In this document: piece by piece, positions 30,101 through 34,040 of the stretch
How positions within the stretch are numbered: the first letter of the stretch is position 1
How the letters are laid out: each line of letters opens with the position of its first letter
NCBI GenBank assembly: GCA_048938445.1
Contig: JBHLME010000042.1
Coordinates: forward strand, 1-34,040
Direction of reading: 5' to 3'
Origin: Promethearchaeota archaeon
GTDB lineage: Archaea; Asgardarchaeota; Lokiarchaeia; Sigyniarchaeales; SOKP01
Length of the DNA: 34,040 bases
Notes under the pieces: generated by a model
What the model was told of the DNA's origin: nothing
Seen by the model: only the letters and a program-made list of their open reading frames with translations
The model's database searches: none
Position numbers and translations under genes: made by a program

Positions 30101-32659
30101 TGAATAGAAAAATATTGCTGTTATTCCAAAAGGTAATAATACTAAAACTTGTACTCTATTAATTAAATTTATTATCTTCTTATTGATATTAATTTTTCTG
30201 CTAATGAATTGAAGGTATGAAAGAATTCCAAGTAAGAGTAATAATGTTAAATTCATAATATTCATAATACCATAATTAAAGACTTCAATAGCTATTATCG
30301 AAGGAATGAGAAGAATAAAACTCGATAAAAATAGACTATTTATCAACAATATTTTTCTCATAAAACTTTCTTTATACTTTATTTTTAACAAGTACACAAT
30401 TGGTAGATAAAGGATTAAGCAAAAAAGAGAAGTTGGAATAATCAAGATATATAAAGTATTAAAAGTCGCCATAAAAGTATAATATCCAACGATTATTGGT
30501 GCGATAAATAAAGTCAAAAACGTAATGACTTTAGTAAGTAATTCTGAAAACATTCTTTGCTTATATGACAATAAGTTTACAAGTATGCATGATATAATCA
30601 GAGAGATATATGTAGAAAGAACATTATTATCTAAAGGAGTAAGTATCTTGATTAAGAGTATTGTAGAAAAGAATAGAAAGGATAATAAAATTAGTCCAAT
30701 AAATATTATATAAGAATTTATTGCTGTATATTTAACATAATTATCATCTTTTATTTTTCCAAGCAATTTACCAAATTTAAGTTGTAAATTAAATAAAATA
30801 AAAAAGATTATCACGTCTAATAATATCCAAAATAACAATCCTGTCAGGTTATTAATGATAAAAATAATGTTAAGTGAAAGAATTGTTAAAACTTGAAAAT
30901 AACACGTATAATAACAAGTTACTATAAAAAATTGGCTTGAAAAAACTTTAGAGAGATAATTTAAATATAAAAAAACGAAAAAGAACAACGGAGTAATTGT
31001 TATTGAAATGATTAAAATAGATATAATAACATTCAAATTATGAACAATGGAGACTCTTAGATTAAATAAAGCAATAATAGCTATAAAAAGACTTAAAAAT
31101 GTTAAAATCACGCTATAATTAAAACTTTTAAGGTTTTTACCACGAAATTTTCGTGTATATAATAAATATAAAGATAATAAAAATGCACCAGCGATTATTA
31201 TTATATTTAATAAGATTAAAGAAAACAAATCTGATAAAAACATGCCTGTAGGGATGAAAAGATTATTGATGATAATTGGATAATATACAAATCCATAACC
31301 AATCATGAGATATGACCCTACAGCCATTAGATTTTGTATTAATATGACATTTTCTTTTTTAAAATACCCTATTCTGGCATAGAATTCCAAAATAAATAGA
31401 AAGGAAATGAAAAAGATAATAAATTGAACACTCAATATTAAACTTGAAAATAGGCCAAAACAAATAGAAGTCAAAAGTGCGATTGTATTAATAATTGAAA
31501 CATATCGATGTTCATTATTTCGAATGTAGCCCAATTTTACTTCATAGAGAGATAATAAATAAAAAAGTGGTGTAATCAATGCAATTTGAATGATTATAAA
31601 TATTAGATTTTGTAAAAGTGCTAATATGAAAAATGCAAAAATTAAATAGGAAATAATGAAGATTGTTGAAAAATAAGAGTTTAATTTCTTGTATTTAATT
31701 AATTTCTTATCAATATCTTCTTTTATATACTTAGATTTATCAATATTGATGATATTACTTATAATTGTATTGAAATGGAAAAAGAGGTATAATCTAATTT
31801 TCAGATAAAAAGTCAGAATTATGACTATTAAAAAAGAAATATAAAGTAAAGTGTAAAAATCAAAAAGTGGAATTAATGTGATTATAGGGAGCATAAGAAT
31901 TAAGCAACATGATAAACTCACGATTAAAATAGTGAATTTCTGCTTAAATTTTATTAAATCAACTAAAAAGCTTTTTTTATTTCTAATAGCTTCCTTGATA
32001 TCCTTACGATTCTTTTTAGTGTATAAAACTGAGAAAAAATAGAAAACGGGATTAATTATTAATAAAATGATATAAGAGAAAGTGATATATGATATGATTA
32101 TGAGAAAGATGATACTAATTAAATAATTAAAAATTATGACAAGATTATTTATTTGTTTAATAGAAAGCTTAAAACTCAGAGCCATCCTAAATTTACCTTC
32201 AGAAAGGTCAAAAATATCAATTGGTTTATAGTAATAATAAAAAAAGATGGGAAGATAAAGAATTATAAAGGATAATAATGGAAATAGGCTAAAAATAGGA
32301 AATTCTGTAAAAAATAAAGTAATTACATCACTTATAAGCGGAATTATCAATGAAAAACTTGAAATTAAGAAAAGGATATTTAACCTAGTAATTAAATTAT
32401 TTTCCTGATTTAAAAAGTATGGATTGTTACGATATTTATCACATATTTTATAAAGGAATAGAGCTACAAAAAAATACATGATGAGTCCAAAAGCAAAGGA
32501 TACATATACATTTATAACAATGCTTTGGCAAATAAAGCCTGATACAATAGCTGCTAAAACTGGTATTGCAAATAAACAAAGCGAAAACCAAAATAATTTC
32601 CAGATAAATTCCGTTCTCTTTTGATATTTTCCTTCATCATTATAGAATGTATTTTTCAT
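24179..32659 (-). CDS. Giant polytopic membrane protein (2826 aa) with internal helical repeats
   Basis: Uninterrupted 8.5-kb ORF with GGTGA RBS. Hydrophobic segments recur every ~30-35 aa along the whole length, separated by short Lys-rich loops. Confidence 0.9.
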   Translation of the reverse strand: MKNTFYNDEGKYQKRTEFIWKLFWFSLCLFAIPVLAAIVSGFICQSIVINVYVSFAFGLIMYFFVALFLYKICDKYRNNPYFLNQENNLITRLNILFLISSFSLIIPLISDVITLFFTEFPIFSLFPLLSFIILYLPIFFYYYYKPIDIFDLSEGKFRMALSFKLSIKQINNLVIIFNYLISIIFLIIISYITFSYIILLIINPVFYFFSVLYTKKNRKDIKEAIRNKKSFLVDLIKFKQKFTILIVSLSCCLILMLPIITLIPLFDFYTLLYISFLIVIILTFYLKIRLYLFFHFNTIISNIINIDKSKYIKEDIDKKLIKYKKLNSYFSTIFIISYLIFAFFILALLQNLIFIIIQIALITPLFYLLSLYEVKLGYIRNNEHRYVSIINTIALLTSICFGLFSSLILSVQFIIFFISFLFILEFYARIGYFKKENVILIQNLMAVGSYLMIGYGFVYYPIIINNLFIPTGMFLSDLFSLILLNIIIIAGAFLLSLYLLYTRKFRGKNLKSFNYSVILTFLSLFIAIIALFNLRVSIVHNLNVIISILIISITITPLFFFVFLYLNYLSKVFSSQFFIVTCYYTCYFQVLTILSLNIIFIINNLTGLLFWILLDVIIFFILFNLQLKFGKLLGKIKDDNYVKYTAINSYIIFIGLILLSFLFFSTILLIKILTPLDNNVLSTYISLIISCILVNLLSYKQRMFSELLTKVITFLTLFIAPIIVGYYTFMATFNTLYILIIPTSLFCLILYLPIVYLLKIKYKESFMRKILLINSLFLSSFILLIPSIIAIEVFNYGIMNIMNLTLLLLLGILSYLQFISRKININKKIINLINRVQVLVLLPFGITAIFFYSYLFLGATVIKTILPLFLTSIFYYLPSFLSYKRGIFNQKVLKYIIIGNSWVILGLFLLIPTMISMELVFLGLLLDHFLVMNTINSTLVILLGILSLIQYIYKKTSSESRLPNKIQVLVLFTFSITCVFYYSYLILYILSLTSYFLISLILTSFYILMISGLVLSKDVPKLKNWIQLISWVFIKINIFLLLGLFPLNLSLFHTISFSIVGITLLTPITRYYLRKLELLPKDKERIIKILELIIFEFFLTIFYIGLFGYFISNINYFLIYPLVLTILISCNLFLIFNFFMLNFKYIIETDSILQLYGFFLSNIILTIGLLYIIPEISPFLLFIVYIHFILNRSRTIINRVLIYMSLSLITCIDILTLLEIYLQISTIPYIPIGFYFIIFLTSLIGIISFSVITNLKRRNDLDLILLYTTCSIWASVFIEIYTNILIIYNITIFLFIFLLFSGITLYRRKDKRYKWLIRPCILLLIFDVFSYLSYRIFFINPMYSLFNPLLTFTLTLSMTDIAFIYLYRDLKDKIRQKAFYPVLLSLIISMPTFIGLILSTYSPIPLGWQVSLVIALNLGIFLFYLSVGVYKWKFSKVIWETGWWMWIFLPIINVFFIYQGFAGIDVITNAINVFGINTNLTGSIILTMTIITLLYIPILYTKIKKYFYHCLLFVWFESLFLVFWICQNLFILNPFLDEIQRNVLTLLSFVLIAVILVMPVLYKLTRWLIVSIMWWVLAIINISFFIVVLFYNGTHPLIIISVGVIIGSIFFMIYSYFPNIKNKLLYMVLSYITLLMGIFSLIMFIFYFIFYNLPISINISCIIIAFSLFSSKYLKFEKTDPKKYIHLAISLLLIFNFSSLTYNTFSIIPELLFFAIFLAIAVFGGSLFVFNHYNMLIRKINKTIPWVIMAFGTAWAVYSLCYQMISSLIFINWAIFCAINITFAYFWSEKYRYLLWYFFPLPIVFIIQEALLLIEIFQQVSVLIFIIVYIGIFQILVNIFNSLYGESRQQGLKKFFKNKNIINFHNFGSFLLNSVLIPLLISFMTPVTIEYKILEFLTCFSILHILSIKYAEISKDKLVIGNFYLFDYFDRLNPFFYFSLYIEVSIIFFIPSFQFIGIFEGIIISLTVLIFLTFLDILLVRKVNRKQMYSINAIAYLTDSIIISLYLNYILVKISQDFSWLILGFFLSMQFYTIYAFSSLIKLYGGLKSEKSLSIRALINNILFNLIFIIGCGYISSIFTNLTVNLFNLLIGVPSFFLLPTIFSFLMFLLNLIIYFTYRVLNRMEKIKQKNIILLLFYTIFQIFFAIFLIIALSLYNLLTLFALFLIILIETILSFYPFYLYNAIRSDQKSLVLKQKVFSILYLIIYFEVSLLFFGLSYLFLGFFESLMISQVVLFLIISIELIILKKFNRKYMYLIQTLCYIIISILAFMLLVLLIPIYQIFLSLAFLIFNIMQFYSNYSVFCTRNSFIDGNESDEEKASKIMNQRIRAQNIIGDLFYITLLSFIVHALILGNVNWTFILLCMSIIIHGLMKLDYYLFKFLGKVSNFFEIGSWILLMIFSMIYLSFFYFTFLIDVFITIVPLLWFTFTLEIAYLVKLLRFVKYVQDNKKKIRSSILLSLYIDFTTWPLFFSTLNPFIILNLFLLSFIILYNLLIIDKYLEVLKIKIRNIIRSSSFLIIGIIVSIDIFVLLQLFVQPINPTFNIGTILSISTLVFLIFLGIVLNPFKVRHLTAFIYWLGITSSSSLALLFGFSNIFLSIGIVIFFLLMFPFIFMLEELINLFRNFIIIIIQKWQIFVLALITFISNIKQALINAYHKIVLFLKKYFKIIYAIFAIIAFAVLFLFLFTFLNWLWYHSLPLSAALLAFLLYFISPAREDQDPKKQFWWRFGFYSIMWFSLTITLLYYILGVPQIISDTFNLLLSFFVLLVSAVIFGALILIYIYRLEKLGKLSVRYRFWTTLFFIIILIIAIILGVYLGIEIFNSITI

Positions 32660-32912
32660 TCAGATTTCACCCATAATTAAATAAGGAAAATGAACCTATT
32701 AAAGAGATCTAAGAGACTCTTAATATATAAAGCAATAGTAGTCCAATTTTTGTTTTTATAGTCATGTAATATAAATCTATATGATTAACATTATTATACG
32801 TATGATTTGGTTTTAAATATTTTGAATTTTATTTAAAAAAATTACGAGATATTTAGCAATAGTTGCCTTTTCGATACTTTTTTATTTAATGAACATCTAT
32901 CATTAATTAATA

Positions 32913-33002
32913 ATGGTCTTTCGTAATAATACTTCTAAAAACACTTGGTTTGCACGCGTATTAGGTGTAGTGTTAGTATTAGTAGTAGTATTATTACTCT
33001 GA
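32913..33002 (+). CDS. Val/Leu-rich 29-aa leader peptide (uORF)
   Basis: MVFRNNTSKNTWFARVLGVVLVLVVVLLL*. 13 of the last 14 codons are Val or Leu. TATA-like TTTATTTA at 32881-32888 lies about 25 nt upstream, as for a leaderless transcript. Confidence 0.6.
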   Translation: MVFRNNTSKNTWFARVLGVVLVLVVVLLL

Positions 33003-33093
33003 GCGAGTAAATCCTAATGACCTTTTTCTTATAAAATACTCACGGATTTGCTTGCTGGTGTGAAACATTATATTAAAGAGGTCATGATTTTTT
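32994..33093 (+). promoter_or_regulatory. Attenuator-like alternative hairpins followed by a U-tract
   Basis: 32994-32999 pairs with 33005-33010; 33002-33014 pairs with 33044-33056 (13 bp); 33017-33027 pairs with 33075-33085 (11 bp); T6 at 33088-33093. Confidence 0.55.
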
Positions 33094-33136
33094 ACTGCAT
33101 AGAGATCAAGAATAAAAATGGAGGTAAAAATAGAGC

Positions 33137-33274
33137 ATGACAGCAATCGTTAAAGAAGAGAAGAAAATTATTGCCCAAAATGAATTTGATATTACAATCA
33201 TAAATATGATGGATGTCAGTAAGTTTCCCATGCCCGCAGAAATGTTTATTTCTGAAAAGGATATCGCATGGTAA
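33137..33274 (+). CDS. 45-aa small protein of unknown function
   Basis: Not in the ORF track. GGAGGT RBS at 33120-33125; MTAIVKEEKKIIAQNEFDITIINMMDVSKFPMPAEMFISEKDIAW*. Confidence 0.7.
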   Translation: MTAIVKEEKKIIAQNEFDITIINMMDVSKFPMPAEMFISEKDIAW

Positions 33275-33493
33275 GAATTAAAAAATATATTGGCATTTAC
33301 TAATCAATTACAGTCAATAAATTAAAGTATTAATGTAATTATAATTATCAAGTATTCAGATTTTAAAAATATTAAAATTTAGGGCTATAATACTAAAGTA
33401 TCACAACTTTTATATATTCATTTCAGTAATAATTTTACAGATTAAAACTAATTACTTTTTTCAAACATAATAAATATAGAGGTGCATTAGAAA

Positions 33494-33694
33494 ATGGAAA
33501 ATTTATCAACAGATTTCTTTAAAAAAGATGAAGGTGATGGAGATGCTGAAAAAGAATCTCTAGAACAAATTAACGATGAATTAATATTAGAAAGATCAAG
33601 TAAAGAATTCAAACCTTCGGGACTTTACACGCAAATCGAAGATGAAATAAAGATGTCACGCCTCAGAAAAAAGTATCGAAAATTTTCTCCTTAA
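33494..33694 (+). CDS. Small hypothetical protein (66 aa)
   Basis: GAGGTG RBS upstream; acidic N-terminus and basic C-terminus. Confidence 0.7.
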   Translation: MENLSTDFFKKDEGDGDAEKESLEQINDELILERSSKEFKPSGLYTQIEDEIKMSRLRKKYRKFSP

Positions 33695-33780
33695 ATCTCT
33701 TTTTCATTAGGAGATATTTAAAAGAATATGTTATTTTAACATGATAAATCTTAACCCTCTTCAAATATAAAATTGAAATC

Positions 33781-34040
33781 ATGTTAAAGAAAATTATGTC
33801 GGATCTGTTAATTCATAAAGTATTGAATTCAGAAAAGAATTTTCAGGAATTAAAATTAAAAAATGCTAATTATAATACCCTCAAATCGTATAATAACAAG
33901 ATATATACAGGGATGTCGATCGGAGGTTCGCACCAATGGAATTATAATAATGGTAAATGGTTTGAGATTAAAAAAACACCTGATAAATGGGTGTTTTCTT
34001 TTAATAGCGTGAAAACTCGTTTAAATGCTGCACCTGTTAA
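33781..34040 (+). CDS. Conserved-looking hypothetical protein, truncated by the window end
   Basis: Open frame from ATG 33781 to the end, containing YNTLKSYNNKIYTGMSIGGSHQWNYNNGKWFEIKKTPDKW. Function not recognised. Confidence 0.7.
   Translation, partial: MLKKIMSDLLIHKVLNSEKNFQELKLKNANYNTLKSYNNKIYTGMSIGGSHQWNYNNGKWFEIKKTPDKWVFSFNSVKTRLNAAPV

Noticed and set aside
32997-33090. Hammerhead ribozyme or SECIS reading of the structured leader
   Set aside because: CTGAGCGA does not fit CUGANGA and GAAA does not follow the stem. The ATGA is Watson-Crick paired rather than forming a SECIS G.A quartet, and read-through of the TGA adds only four codons.

Overview
AT-rich archaeal chromosome segment, most likely Asgard/Lokiarchaeia (Promethearchaeota). 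The assignment is inferred from an archaeal proteasome alpha subunit, a Rab-like GTPase, a gelsolin-domain protein, a V4R protein, TrmB regulators and GGTGA/GAGGT ribosome-binding sites. Left part: truncated helical-repeat protein, wHTH protein, V4R protein, psmA, Rab-like GTPase, a sirtuin and two tandem acyl-CoA ligases, one lacking the catalytic Lys. Middle: a split PolB2 cassette (degenerate RadA-like gene, then an arCOG07300-like gene coupled to polB2) with two gelsolin/helical-rod paralogues and a DUF3795 gene in between, followed by a GyrI-like gene, an unannotated 42-aa four-Cys protein, two TrmB-family regulators and a DUF3047 gene. Right part: a 2826-aa membrane protein built from ~130-aa four-helix units. 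At 32.9-33.3 kb lies an unannotated Val/Leu-rich 29-aa leader ORF overlapping mutually exclusive RNA hairpins and a U-tract, in front of a 45-aa ORF; this has the architecture of a ribosome-mediated attenuator, which is not established in archaea. No rRNA, tRNA, CRISPR array or mobile element was recognised. All family assignments are by eye from motifs, not from database searches.
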